DNA of 64,000 bases from Selaginella moellendorffii (GCF_000143415.4 NW_003314296.1:1649858-1713857); one strand, 5' to 3'; positions 11,280-25,229 are shown, numbered from the stretch's first letter. Numbers and translations: made by a program. The notes: generated by a model not told the origin, from the sequence alone.

Positions 11280-13814
11280 ATGGGAAGCTCTGGAAGCGCT
11301 GGCGACGATGGGAATATGGCTGGGGTCCGGAATGGAGAGAACTCGATTGGTGGATCGGGAAATGGTTTCGTGTACTCCAGGCGAAATGGGAGCTCTCGCG
11401 ATCGTCCACGATCACAAGGTACTAGAGATACTTCTTTTGTTCTTTCATCTTAGATGGATTTATCTAACGTCCAGGGATTGTGAATACCATTGAGATTGAG
11501 AATGTGAAGCAGCTCTCTCTACCGGACGTTCTTTGCGATCCTTTCTCGTAAGTGATCGTGTCTCCTGATAATCTTCGTTTGGCTATAGTTTTTCTTTTCT
11601 CATGCATGCAGAGGAGCGTTCTTAGAGGATGCCATGGTTGCTAAATGTGGTCATTCTTTCGGGAGTGATGGATTGAAACGCGTCGTCCAGACGGTGTGTC
11701 TTCGCTGTTCTGTTTGCTCTTCTTTTTTGGTTGATAAGTGTTTAACTTTGGCAGGGTGTGTGCTTCATTTGTGCGGCATCGATCACTTCAACAGGATATT
11801 TAACTCCGAATTTTGGTAAAGCTTTTGTTCGATATGTGTTTGCATTGGGCCTAAGACGTACGATTGCCAGCGCTACGTGCAGCTGCAAAAGCATACTTGC
11901 GGGAGCAGAAAGCAAGTCCTGGATGCGCTAAACGGAAAAGGGAAGATAATGGCGAGCAGAGAACTTCTGACTGCAAGAAGGTAACTCAAGTACTTCTGGC
12001 TAGTTTTTACTTTTTGGTGCGTTCTAGCTGAACTCGTCACCGAAGCCCAAAGGTGTCCAATTCCCATTTTCGGTGAATGATCGCGTGTTCATTCAGGTGA
12101 TTGTTGCTTTGATACCAGATTTTATAGTTTTCCTGATGAAGTTTTCATTTAAAGGGCAACAAGCGAACTCCAGAGCGCTTTTGTGGACAAGCCGCCATAA
12201 TCAAGTCCCAATGCCTGAATGGATGGTAACTTGTTTACTGTTTTAAAGTGCACGCAATGCGTTGGGTCTTTCTTTTACAGGTACCTCGTGAGGACTGTTG
12301 ATAGCGGCGAAAGCATTCGTTTGCAGTACCGTTCACTTCGAAAAATAGAAGGCATAGTATTACTTTGATTGTATAAGCTTCTTACGTAAAGGTTTATACA
12401 GGTCGGCAGCAGCAAAAAGAGCTTGAAGCAAGAGTATCCATTCAATCAAGTGAAGCCAAGAGTGAACAGCAATGTAATTATGTAGCAGATCGCCAAGATG
12501 ATCACGCACACAATAAATCCATTTGTTCGAGTGTATCTATGGTCGTAAAACTGGAATCTGACCCAGCGGAGAAACCAGATTTGCATCCTGAGGTAGAGCT
12601 TCTTAAATTGTTGGTATTAACGCCTTCCTTTCATTCTCTGGCAGATTGACGGAGACATTCACGGGAAAATCGAGCCCAGTCCATGTGTAAATGACACTAA
12701 CTTCGCTGTTCCAGGAATGGATTGTCTGTCCGACGCAAATGCAGACAAAGACGCACGGACAACCGAAGGAACATCTAAACATAGTTTGCTAGATGAGTCT
12801 GACGATCGCTATGCTAAGGTACGAAGATACCCTCTTCTGAGAAAGATTGACAATTCTCGTTCCAGCTCGAGCCTTCGCCTAGACAGCTGCAGCTTTCGGG
12901 AGAGCAGCCAACGTCACCCCACACTTTTGACCGTTCTAGAGCGAGAGGAGACGTCCTTATGCGTGTGGCGAGAAGAGAGATGCTCCAGTTTGAAAAGCTG
13001 GTCCCGACGAGTCTATTGAGCTCGTCCTGGATGGAGCACAGACTTCCATGGCGATATAAAGTCAGGCAGAGCTTTGAGACCAAGGTCAGATTTCGTTCAC
13101 GCTCTTGCTACAGCTACTCTGGGACTGACGGATTGATAAAACAAACAAACAGGACCTTGGAGTACTGTTACATGACTTTCGTCAGAACTTGCTGCTAAAT
13201 TCAGCCGGTGGAATGTCCGACGTTGAATGGGAGAGCGAGTTGGCAGCGGCCACCACCACGGACGACGCTTGGTCGCTGGTGGATTTATGGAGGAAGCTAA
13301 GAATGGACGTGTGCGAGCTGCTAGACACAAAGTTGGTGCTCCACAGGTTTGAAACGGAACAAACACCGCGGCTTGACTTTGAAGAGGTGGAGTCGGCATT
13401 CCCCGAGCTGCAAGTTAAAGGAATCTCGCCCGTCACTGTCATCGCAGCGATTATCCTTGCCAGTGCGAATGCGATTGCACGGGGCCAGGAAGACGAGGTC
13501 AGTCACTTCGAGATTTTTCTATCGTCCCTTTGACTTTGTTTTCACTCCAGGAAATTCTAGAGCTTCCTCTGAGGCTTATCCAGCAGCACGGCCTCAAGCA
13601 GCTTTCGTCCATTAGAGAGGCACTGGAGCGCGAGAAGCGGCACTTGACTGCTCAGCTGACACATCTAGAAAGCGGCTTCTTAGAGGAGCTTTCGTCAAAG
13701 GTCCGTGCAAAGCTACAAACACTTTCGGATTCTCACGCTACAAAACCATTGTTTGTAGAGACAAACGAACAGGAACAAAACAAAAGCGGAAGCCTAGCGG
13801 AAGCCTACCAGTGA
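11280..13814 (+). CDS. U-box protein, PUB62/63-like, with putative long C-terminal extension
   Basis: Spliced VLCDPFSGAFLEDAMVAKCGHSFG...TPNFALRAAA (U-box) and GVQFPFSVNDRVFIQGNKRTPERFCG...QCLNGWYLVRT..GESIRLQYRSL (PUB62/63 C-domain). Downstream exons join in frame through a GC-AG intron at 12352-12401; that join is less certain. Confidence 0.75.
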
Positions 13815-13889
13815 TTTCGAGTGTACAAAAAGAATTCGCCAAAAATTTTCAAAAGGACTTCTACTGTAGAGGGGACCACTAAGGAGATA

Positions 13890-15168
13890 TCAAGCAACGC
13901 CCGCGCGGCCTCGGCCTCGTCCACGGCCACGCCCACGTCCTGTGCATAGAAACCAAGTGATCAAAGATAAGTTATCAACGTTTTTAAGAGTACCTCGTCC
14001 TCGGACAGCCTCTCCTCCGGTCTCTTCGGTGTGAGGGCCTTCTTGGTATGATGTCTCCCCTCCTCCCTCTCCACCACCTCGGCCTCGACCTCGGCCTCCA
14101 CGGCCCCGGCCTCGGCCTTGGATACGTCCAGCCGCTGGATTGTTGCCTACAAACACTGGAGAAAAGGACAAAAAGAGAGATTTTTATCAGCAACTTGGTC
14201 TGGATCAAAGCTATAAGGACGTAGCTTTCTAGGCTTTGAGAAAACGAAGAGAGTCTATGAAAACGAGCGACGAAAAAGTAAAACCAAAAGCCTTTTGCTA
14301 AGTGACTCTCACAGAGAATGGAAAAAAAGTGAGAAGAATACGCACCTCCTCTCCCTCGACCGCCGCCGCCGCCACGGCCTCGGCCGCGGCCGCCGCCCTG
14401 TGGTGAAATCTCTGCTCGAGAGAACAAGAGGTTCTAAAGTGAAGCCAGTGAAGTTGAAACATACCTCCTCCATCGTAGTCGAATTCTCCCGACTGTTTCA
14501 CCTGGTCAGGTGGGAGAGGCGCTTGATACCTGTAATGGAAGTGTGAAAATCCTGAAGAGAGAAGAAGGAAAGTAGGAGAGAGAGCTTGAGCTTACATACC
14601 CTGTGGAATCCTTGTCTAGCTCTTTCGTTGACAGGGTAATGGAGATAAGCGATACGTGCCGTGTCGTTTCCAGCCTGGTGAGAATGCAAGCCAAGTTAAA
14701 AAGAAAGAGGAGAAGCGATGCATGATATACTCACGGAACAAGTCCTTCCTCGAGTGGCTTCCACGAGTCCGTGATATCAGTCGACCCAATCGTGGTGATT
14801 TGATGCAGGCCAGCAATCCTTCTCTGCAAGAACAGGGAGTTTTCAGCTCAAAAACCTCGAGCAAAAACAAAAAGAAAGAGGAAAAAAGAAGAACTCCCAC
14901 CTTGACAATCTCGACAATCGCCACTGTTTTGTTGATTGCTCGTCCCATTGCTTTGAGCACAATCTCCTCGGAGCCTTTATCCTGCAATGCTCAAAAGACA
15001 AGGGAAAAAATTTTGAAAAAACCAGCGATTCTTCCTTCTTTTCACCTGTATCAGGCTAATCGCATAGGTAATGTAGTTGCGCATTTTCCCCTGCGTGGTA
15101 ATCCGGATCTCATTCTCACTGATTGGGGTCTCATTGCGTGGCTTCTCCACTCGCTCATAGCGGTCCAT
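13890..15168 (-). CDS. Alba DNA/RNA-binding protein (Rpp25-like) with RGG tail
   Basis: ENEIRITTQGKMRNYITYA/LKAMGRAINKTV/RRIAGLHQ...DSWEPLEEGL/LETTRHVS...STGYQ; GRGRG repeats. Confidence 0.93.
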
Positions 15169-15808
15169 TGCTCTACAAGAATCGCAAGAAAACTCCGCTT
15201 AAATCCATCCAAATCACATCGCGCATCACAAACCTGGGCTTCCTTCGCAAGATTCTATCAACGTTGCTGCCCGAAGAAGCCCGTTGCAGCGAGACGAGCG
15301 ATCTTCTCTTTCGTGTTCTTTCTCTCCTGGAGCCCTAAATTCGCGAGGGCCCTAGTCACCAGATTTGATCCAACGGTGCCGAGAATAGGGCTTATCTGGC
15401 ACGCCACATGGATGAGTCCTGTCCCGCCAAGTGGCTGGGACAGTTTTACAGATAAAGTTTCGGTTTGACCAACAATGCACGGCAAAACATATTAGCTGAC
15501 GTGCCGCTTTTGACCGCGTAGGTTCCGGGGCTTTGACCTGACTTAGCGTAAGACCCCGCGTTTTTAGGGCTTAACAAAGCAAGGTTAGCGAGAGGGGGTT
15601 TTAGGAATTTTAGGGTAGTCTCTCTCCTTTAGTGCTGAGCTATGGCGGAAGAATGCGTGAGCGCGACATGGAGCCGCTCCATTCGTCGCGGGATCTTTGA
15701 TGCGACCGCGTGAAAGCGTCCGGCGCTCGATCCGCACGGCCGGCTCGTGAAATGTAGTGTTCCAGGGGGGTATTTCTCGAATCAGCAACGCTGTGTGGCG
15801 TGCTAGAG

Positions 15809-17479
15809 ATGAAGTCATGGAAGAAGATCAAGGAGCTCGCTCGATTCAAGGAGAAATCGTCGCCGGCGGCGGCTCTGGAGCCGACACAGGATATCGAGGA
15901 GATCACGAGGGGCATGCAGGTTTGTGGAGAGTCTGGCATTCTTGTGGAGCTGAAATTCGCCTCATTCTTGGGTGTTCTTTGCGATTTCTTGCTCAGGATG
16001 TTTGCTACATGAAGAATCAGTACGAAGGGCTACACGCGGTTTCTTCTCGTGTCGCGGGTCGCGCTTATGGTCAGAGACTGGAATTTATTTTTCTTCGTGT
16101 GGACAGGCGTGACTGTTTTGCATTGATCCAGGCTTTTCCGAAGCCATCCAAGAGATGGCTGCATTTCTGGTGGAGTCCTTTGCTCTGGACAACAACGGAG
16201 ATATCAGTAAGCTCGGCTTATAATGCGTGGTTTTGAGCTTCCAAGATCTTTTTTCGTGCGCAGATACAGCTTTCAAGGAAGTCAGCAAGACACAGTCTGA
16301 GCTATCAAGGCTTCTCCATCTTTATGTGAGTTGTGGCTTTAATTGTTGCGACTTTCTGATTGTAGAGCTCTCCAGGCTTTCCACGTCTCTGAAACGCTGA
16401 AGGTGCCAGCGGAAGGCTTGCTCAGCGAGCTCGGCCACATTGAGGTATGCTCGGTAATCAAGATTTTCTTGTTTAAGCTGGAAACGTACCTCTCCTTTTC
16501 TTAGGAAACGAAGAAAGAATACGACGAAAAGAGGTAGCTAGCAAGTCCCTGTAAATTAATGTAGCTGTTCTTACGAATTGGTGGCGCAGGATTTTGTACG
16601 ATCACATGAGGCTACGAAAATCCAGAGCCAAGAATGTGAAAGCCGAAGCGCAGATTGAGCAACAACTGCAAGAGTCCAAGGAGCAATTTGACGAGCTGGC
16701 CATGTTTCTGGGATGCCGTCTTCACTCCCTGGAGCAAAGTCGTCCTCGACACCTTCTCACGCAAGCTGCTCGGCATCACTCAGCTCAGGTTTACTTCTCA
16801 TGCAAGAAAACGTCTACCAGCGTGCTAACCGTGATATTGTTGGCAGATGCACTTGTTTAGACAAGGCCTTGGTTGCCTAGACGATGCCGACCCTTGCATA
16901 AGTCGGATAGTGCAAGAACGTAATCTAGATACCTCGTTGGACTATCTGGATGGAGGGGAGAATGATGCATTCTTTAAGACCAAGGATGCTACCGAAGAGT
17001 CCGACCAGTCGAGTTCTTTAGAGCAAGTAAGACTCTTCCCATGACTCTTTTTTTGAAGTTTAGTGCAACAGCTGGTTTTCTTTTTGTTTAACTGTCAAAC
17101 TTTGCTGCAGGAGGAGACCAGTCCAAAGCACTATAGCATTGCGTATGAGACACACACGGGCAGCAGATCGGCTCCACTCTCCCCGGTTAGATTCGCAGAG
17201 GCAAACGGTGTAAATAGCATCCACGAAGTCATGCTGGACGGGGTGTCCAACAAGAAGGCGCCGATCTTCTCGAGAACAAACTCATGGCTGCGGAGGAAAG
17301 GCAGCCGCGATCCAGGCGTCTTACATCTCTACAGGCCAACACAAACTTCTTCGGCAGCTCCCAACACACAACCACACTCCACAGCACCGGCGATGTACTC
17401 GGTCACAGAGCCAACGGGATCTCCATCGCCATCGTGGATACCAAGCCCGGATCTCTCCAAAGCTCCTCGTCCCTCGCCT

Positions 17480-17511
<32 letters not shown>

Positions 17512-18097
17512 CAAGAAGCTAAGTACGTTCCCAAGCTTTCCTCGTCGCTTCCAATCGGGTCCTCTGGCTTCCACCGCATCGTCCAAGCCGAGGAGGCTCA
17601 TCCCCAGGAGCGGCCCTCTCACCCAGCCGCCGCCTCCGTGCGTGACGCTTCCAGTCGACCCCTTGTACAAATCCGGGCCTCTCACTCCAACTCCAAAGAT
17701 GTCCCCGACGGTCTCTCCCACCGCTGCGTCGCCACCTCGAGTCAGCGAGCTCCACAAGCTTCCTCCTCCGCCTCTAGCGTCCTCCACCTTGTCGCCATCG
17801 CCGGCTCCTTGCACCAAGCTCGCCGCTGGCAGCGTTTCTTACTCGGCTCCACTGTCCAGGCCGCCGCAGATCCAGATCCATCAGCAGCAGCAGCAGCAGG
17901 GAACTCAGCATCAATCGTTGTCTGCGGCGGTTCATCATCATCATCACCACCACCACCACCACCACTCATCGCAGGCTTCTCCTCTCCCGCCACCCCCGCT
18001 CGCACAGGCTCCATCGCCAGCTTCCAAGAGCCATAACAAATGTGTTCGGAAGAATGAGGAGAGAGTTTCTCCATTGCCACTCTTATACAAAGATTAA
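15809..18097 (+). CDS. BAR-like coiled-coil protein with Pro/Gln/His-rich tail (At2g33490-like family)
   Basis: MKNQYEGL..VAGRAY/FSEAIQEMAAFL...LEQSRPRHLLTQAARHHSAQ; C-terminal SGPL repeats, RVSELHKLPPPP, YSAPL. Confidence 0.75.
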
Positions 18098-18184
18098 AAA
18101 AAAACATATAATTTCAAAGCAGGCAATCTAATCGCTTTTGAACAACAAAATGAATCTCGTAAAGTATAATAAAATAAAAGCATA

Positions 18185-18420
18185 GTCATAACCTTTGAGC
18201 TGGCTTCCCTGTCCATGATCAAGCGTTTTTTTGGCACACCCCTCCTCTCCAGGAAATCACCAGAGATCCTTGGACCCTGGCAATCTTTAAAGCTCCTGTC
18301 TGCATTCTATCCTTTCCACGACGCACGCATAGCCTCCAATCCTTTCGACGACCATGGAGTATATGTCCGGCAAGAGATCGTCAAAGTACGCGTTCCCCAT
18401 CTCAAAAGATGGAGCCATCG
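18185..18420 (-). pseudogene. Orphan ORF family, deleted copy D
   Basis: Reverse strand reads SFEMGNAYFDDLLPDIYSMVVERIGGY...GVPKKRLIMD, homologous to 28878-29339. Confidence 0.7.
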
Positions 18421-18944
18421 TCCCAAAAGCCCAAACTGGCACCTTTTTTTATAAAAGTTCCTATTTGTTTGCTGGATGAATTGGTGCAACTTTCCAGATC
18501 ATTACCAATCCACCAAGTTCTAAACGCATCTCACTTCCTGCACAGAAAAGTTATAAGCCCTCTCTTGAAACGAGATATAAAAGAACGAAATATTTGAGGC
18601 TTGATTCTCGAGGAGGTTTGGCACAACTTTGGATGAAAATCGATACACCTGAGCGTGTTCATGCTGAGTTCTGTAGTTAGAGGATGGAAAAGACCATAAT
18701 CTATTTGAGGAGATTTATTTGCTTTTAACTGGCTTGGCTTTTGAAAGTTCTTTTTGCCTTTTAAGGCAAAGCTGTTTAACAAATTTTAATCCTTTTTCAC
18801 CACTTTACTTGCATGGAAAAACATATCTCCTACAAGGATCCCTTGCATGGAAAACAAGAAATTGAGATTGAGGCTAGATACTTGAGATTTCTGATGATGG
18901 GCAGATCACCACCATCCTATATATTTACACATAATTAGTCTTTT

Positions 18945-19346
18945 TTATACTTTCAGATTTGCATGGCGGATTTTCTTTGGCTTCCCCTTTGTGCTTTCAA
19001 AAAGCTTGGTGTAGTCCATGATTATGCGGTTTTTTGGCACACCCCAAAGTTTGATCTTGCCCTCCACTAAATCATCATCCAAAGTTTTGAAAACTTCAAC
19101 CCTTGAACCCCCATGATCTCTAAAGCTTGAGACCTTAGTGCAATTCATTTCTATCCTTTCCACATCGCCGTTCGCCACACCAAATGCAATGAACCTATCA
19201 TGCACCTGTGTCCCCTCCAGGATATAGTCCCACTCGTCCACTCTCATCGTTGTGTCGCCCCATTCTTGTCTGCACCACCAGCGACGACGGAGATCGTCCT
19301 TTCCCACAGCCAAAGCTGCGGAAAACCCTTGGCGTGCTCCATTCAA
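18945..19346 (-). pseudogene. Orphan ORF family copy A (open, N-terminus altered)
   Basis: MRVDEWDYILEGTQVHDRFIAFGVANGDVERIEMN... aligns with 28878-29339. Confidence 0.65.
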
Positions 19347-19389
19347 CTATATAGTCAATTCCCTTTATGATTGCCTTTTACGAAAGTCA

Positions 19390-20095
19390 CCAAAAGTCAA
19401 ATGGCTATGGCCCCCAAATGCGAAACGTGCAATCTCTCCCGGTGGAGAGCTCGATAGAACTCCACCACCTGGACGACATTGGTAAACTCTTGAATTGGAA
19501 CCACCTCCCCGTAAGTTTGGAAGCTGCCAGATCGTATAGAGTCACTGAGAAGGAAGAAAGAAACCAGGGAGGAAAAGAGAAAGAGGACACTACCATTTGA
19601 TGGTATTGTCACTGCTTGCAATCGCGATGATGTAGCCACTTGTCCATCGCACATTTATTTGCCAGATGAGGCCCAACGACGATGGCGGTGTACTCTGGCA
19701 ACTTTGCAAATGTCCCAGTTCCTTACGATCCCATTTGCATCGACAGACACCACCGTCTCTCCCTGGAAGTTTCAAGACAAAGAGGTTCAAGAATCATCTG
19801 GGCTTATAGCTTTTCTGTGCAGGAAGTGAGCTTATAACTGTTACCTTTGGGTCGAAAGCTGCATGGTTGCAAGAGCTTTGGTGGCCATAAAACGTTTGGA
19901 TGTAGAGTGAGGAGCACACGTCCCACAAGCTGATGGTTTTGTCAATCATGCAAAGAATACTGTTGTAAGGCTGCCAAATACAGCCATTTAGTCTAAGTGA
20001 CTTCTGATACACTTCATGCTGACCAAGCCAAAGAGAAGCAAAGGAAAAGTCAAGAGTCAGTCTAGCTTTGCACAATCTGGATGGAAAGAGAGTCT
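19390..20095 (-). pseudogene. Duplicated 3' fragment of PF20/SPAG16
   Basis: Near-copy of 29430-30190 (WQPYNSILC, FYGHQSSCNHAAFDPK, CTFRIWGP) with deletions; a further scrap at ~18590-18655. Confidence 0.88.
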
Positions 20096-21769
20096 GAGAT
20101 GAATGTGGTGTACTGTAGTTTCACACATAAACTATAAGAATATTCTAAAAATCTTATATAGCCTTAGTAAAGTTCCTAGGGTTAAATCCCTAGCATGTTT
20201 GTTTGGGGATGGCAAAAGAGTAAGATATAGATCCTGATGTGGAGTTTGTGATGATGTAATGAGGAGGAAGAAGTATTATTGCCTGATAAAGATGCTAAAT
20301 TGCTAAGGTTTAAAGTGACATTAAGAAAGTTAAGAATTCCATCAATTTCATTAAGAATTTTTTTTTTGCATAGACCCTAAAAAGTTGAATCAATATTATA
20401 TTTGATTATATTGGTACATCACACATGCCAATGATTATGGTATCATGGAATGAAAGTTGTTATTAAATATTTATGATACCTAGGAGGTTGATTGTTAGTC
20501 CCACAACCCTTATATGAGGACAAGGTAACTTTTTTTAATTACAAAGGTTTACAATTTATACTTTTTCGTGGTGGAAGAACTACATTAAAGTGCTTTCATG
20601 TTTTGTTTGTCAAAAAGTTTTAAGAAGTTCATAAGATCCATCAAAACTAATTTGAGCCAACTTCTTAGAGTGATTTGACAAATTTTTTTCATATGCTTTG
20701 TCCATCAAGAAGTTTAAAGAGGTTAATCTTATAAACTAGTTTGAGCTTAATGAATTTTTCACAATATTAACTATCACTAAAAATCAATATAAACTCTTGA
20801 ATTTGGATTTTTCAACCCAATAATATTAAAACCTAAGGATGCTTAACCCTAAGTATTTTAACTATGTAAAAAAGTGCACTCTTATTTATAGGCCTTTTTT
20901 CTATATATTTAATTTTTTACATATTGTCTTTCAAATCATTCTCTTTAATTGTACAATTAAATCTTTTTGCTAAAACCACTAGTCAACTTGGTCAAATTTG
21001 GTCAATATAATGGTCAATAGTGTAGTCCACGTAATGACTAGTCAACCAATATGTTATATTTGGGGAAGAAACAATTGCTATTGCATCTAAACTTACAAAA
21101 TATAAATAATAATAAAGTTAAAAAAAATTGTTTAGACGAATAGGAGAAAGACAGAGTAGAGGGCAATTGTTTTTATTGCCACAAAACTTAACATCAAGGC
21201 AAAAATTATCTTCTCTGAGGAAGTGTTCATCTAAATAACTTCTTCTTTACTCAATATCATAATTTGCAATACCTTGTAAAGGGATTAAAGAATTGTAATA
21301 TAAATATGGTGGAATCTATTGTGGATACAACCCATGATGAAGGTTTAATAACCAAAGTCTTAATTTTGTATCAACTTTGTAAAGCCTAATGATTCCATAT
21401 GCAATCATTAGTATTTTTTTTTATCTATGTGTTACATAAAACCTTTTAAATTGGTCTACTTGAAATAAAAAGTTATATACCATAACTGTTACTATAAAGG
21501 AATAGCAATATTTTTTATATAGATCAAACTTCCATATGGATTTAGACATCATTCTCTTTAATATTTCAATGTTTTTGTAGGAAATATCTATTAAAATCTG
21601 ATGCAAGCATAAAGGTGACAATAAAATGGGAATTTATTAATTTCAACTCTTTTATCACTAATGGTTGCATAAAGTTTTGTTAAGGGATGCTGCAATAGAT
21701 TTGAATAGAATCCTAGTAAAAAAGGGGCATATGGTAATTTATTATGTTGATTAACTTATCAAATAAATT

Positions 21770-22295
21770 TTGATTGAGTGTTATGATGTACCAAGTGTTA
21801 AGCATCCAAGGTATTTCTTTTGGCCTGAGATGAATTTAGATGTTGAGAAGTAATTATGTGATTATTTGATTTACCAGGCAGTCAAAATTAGTCATCAAAA
21901 GTTTACTAACCTCTATTATCCTTTATGTGTACCCAAGATAAGTGGGATAATATCTCAATGGACTTTATCATTGATTTGCTTTAGACTTTTTGAAAAAATT
22001 ATGCTATTTGGGTTGTTGTAGATCATTTGACAAAAATGGCTCACTTTTTTCTAGTGAAAACAATAATTAAAACTTCTAAACTTATCTAAATATTTATAAA
22101 CTTATTATTCAATTTCTATGGTTTGCCAAGTGATATTGTAAGTGATCAAGATCACAAGTTCACATCCAAATTTTAGCAAATGGTATTTGATAAAAATATG
22201 AACATGAGTAGTGGTGAACATCCACAATCAAATAGGTAGACAAAGAGCATGAATCAATTGTTGGAAGATATATTAAGGTTTTTTATAAGAAACTT
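21770..22295 (+). mobile_element. Ty3/gypsy integrase relic, 5' part
   Basis: Degenerate YFFWPEMNLDV, KWDNISMDFIIDL, IWVVVDHLTKMAHF, DIVSDQDHKFTSKF, LEDILRFF with stops. Confidence 0.88.
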
Positions 22296-24415
22296 AACTT
22301 AATAAATATTGTGAATGTGACTATAGGTATCAAAAGTTACATGTTAGCAAGTCCTTTCGAATATTCTTTTTATACTCTCACAATGGCAAAGGTTTGTATT
22401 GTTGATTCCCTTTATTAGTCCTTTTTGTTCAAGTGTTAATAAATTGAGTTTAGCTTTTAGTTCTCTTTTGCTCTATCTTATATTGACTCAAAAAGTGTCA
22501 GTCAAAACATACATTGTTTCCCAGACTTAGCTTTTTTATTAGTGGGTTTGTCCTTTTTTGTTTGACTCCCCCATGTACTTGTTCACTAGCCACTAGATCT
22601 ACCTTTCCAAAACCCTAAAGACTTATTCTTAGAGAAACATTTCCTAAATTTTCTTTTGCCATATGTTCTCCTTGGTTTGGCTTCTTTGCTAAATATGAAC
22701 TTTGATTTTGTTGTGTTCCCCTTTCATAGATTATCATTCAAATACATGTTAATAGCTATATCCAATGTTTCCTTGTAGTTGGTTGGGTTCCAATGCATCA
22801 CCTCGCCTCGAGCCCAAGTTTGTAAGCTTGCTATGAAAGGAATGCATCCATGTCCATGACAAGGATCCTCTTCGTCATGAATACATTCACATACTTTTGA
22901 ATGGTTTTTATTTGCTTAAGCCTACTCAATTCATCCCTTAGATGAAGAGTAGGATTCAAAGGAACATAAATTGCACAGATCCTCACCTTCGTCATTTCCC
23001 AAGAGGCCATCAGTCCTTCATTGGCCTCTGTTGTTCTCCACCAAAACTTAGCATTATCTGCCAAGTATGGTTTTACACATAGGACCTTCTCTGAGCTCAG
23101 TAACTACAACGCTTGAAAATAATCTTCTATATCGTAAAACTAATCCTCCACCACTTTATAGTTATTCATTCCCTTAAAGATTGGTGGGGGCTTTGGTTTA
23201 TACTTGGGAACTGAATGAAGGACTAATTCCACTTTGATTTGTTCAACCTTGTTCAATTTTGCCTCTGTCCCCACCAAAAGGTTCATGCCTTCTGCTCTAT
23301 TAGCATCTGTAGTTTTTTATCTTTTCTTCTGCTTCTCGTCATGCTTTAGCTTGCATATGAATATTTTAATAGGGCATTGGTCTGTGCTAATTGTCCTTCT
23401 AAAACATCCAATCAAGCCTTGAACGATCGAACCTCACTATCGGACTCTTGTTTGAAAATTTCCTCACTTGAGTCTTTTTCGTGTAAGGATTCCTCATCCA
23501 TAGCTTCTTGTTTGATCGAAGGCTCTAGCTCTGGAGGAGATTTCATCTTCGCCTTTACTCTCAATAATCCACCTTTATTCTTTGTTAGAACTGAAGAAAA
23601 AGCTTTAATACCAAATTGTAAGTCATAAGTTTTTCCTTTCCAATTTGTTAGTTTACCTCATCTATTCGACCACTATTGCCTTGGCCTTAATGAAGTTCCC
23701 TTGCTATGGTTCCCACTTATTGTACCAACTCCTGCTTGATCCTATTTAGTTTCAACTACTCACTACATGAGCATTAGAGTGTTAACTATCCATCCATAGA
23801 TTCCCAATTTCTTTTCCAATCCCCCTTCCCAGATTAAATTGGACTTAAAATTTGGCTATAATCCCCGCAAATATAAATAGCCAAACACACCAAACCTCCA
23901 AGTTTCTAACATCTCATAGTACAATAAGACTTAATCATAGGACCCTTTAAATCCCAAGCCTTGAGTGCATCACTTGCTTTAGGGCCCTAAGGGGCACTAT
24001 GGCTTAACAGCCTAGTATGGGTACCCCTACTCCCCCATTTTCATCCCAAAGGGAAGGCCTAAGCCCCTAAGAAGGAGTGAGGATTAATGAGCCACTAGGC
24101 ATTTAAGTGGGGCACCACTCCACATGAACTAGGAGCACCACAATTGGTTTCCTTTCCAGAAGTGGGAGTTGTTCTTAAGCACTTCCTTGGGTGGCCCTTC
24201 CGACACCACCTGAAACGATGCTCACTACCACCTAAAACCCCTAAGCTCCAATTTCAACTCAAGTCAGTTTGCAAGCACCATTAAAGGATTCCTTCAAAAC
24301 TAATTTCTAAACCTCATTATGCCTCCTATACTTTTGGAACCCCTTACAGCCCCCCTCCCCCCCACCCCCCCCTTCCCCCTTGTGGGACAATTGCTTTAGG
24401 CTTTCACCCCACGAC
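22296..24415 (-). mobile_element. Nested Ty3/gypsy relic: 5' LTR, PBS and gag
   Basis: gag KPKPPPIFKG...YLADNAKFWW...LRDELSRLKQ; degenerate tRNA-Met PBS TGGTATTAAAGC at 23602-23613 (minus) next to an LTR end ...CTTACA at 23617. Confidence 0.8.
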
Positions 24416-24427
24416 CTATATTACTTT

Positions 24428-24633
24428 TCGGGCTCAGTTTTGGACTCAATCTCATACTCGATCTTGGACTCGATCTCAAACCCAACCTCGGATTCGGTTT
24501 CGGACTCAATCTTGGACCCAATCTTGGATCTCGGACTTGGAATCAGTTTCAAACTCGATCTCAGACTTAATCTCAAACTCGGTCTCTAACTCAGTCTTGG
24601 ACTTAGTCTCGAACTCAATCTCAGATTCAGTCT
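24428..24633. repeat. Degenerate 12-bp minisatellite (consensus ~TCGGACTCRATC)
   Basis: ttggactcaatc tcatactcgatc ttggactcgatc ... tcgaactcaatc tcagattcagtc. Confidence 0.85.
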
Positions 24634-25229
24634 CATCCGGTGAATTCTTTATCATGGTTTTAAGAATCCTTTAGTCTATGACACCTCAGGGAGCTAGTTC
24701 CTTACATTAGGGTGAAAGCCCAAAACATGTATTCCTCTAAGGGTTGGGGGAGGGGCTCCAAATGTATAATAGGGATAGTGGGTAAATTGAGCATTGTTAA
24801 CCAACATAAAATATAGTTTAACTTCTCATTTATATGCTTTCTTTATTCTACAAACTTTATACTATGCTAACTGGTGGAATACTTATATCCTTGTCCAAAA
24901 TAGTGCCAAACTTCATTTAACTTTGTTTTGTGTAGTGCTTCTAGCATTTACATATTGGATGCTTTAGAATTGTTCTTATATCATTGTATGTCCTTGTGAT
25001 TTTGCTTTTTAGGCTATCCATTTAAGAGTCACTTTGTGCTTTAGTTCATTTGCTCTTTCACTATATACTCAAGAATTTGGCTCTATCCCTTTGTTCAATG
25101 GCTCAAAGCTTTGAAATTTAAATTTCATTCCATTGCCCTTAATCTATATGTCTAAGGGTTAAGGTTCCACTCTATAGTTACCCCATAGTAAATCATTATA
25201 AGATAAAGTGTAAAAACTATATATATAAT

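Noticed and set aside
20100-21700. AT-rich TE-like debris
   Set aside because: No RT or transposase motif could be read with confidence
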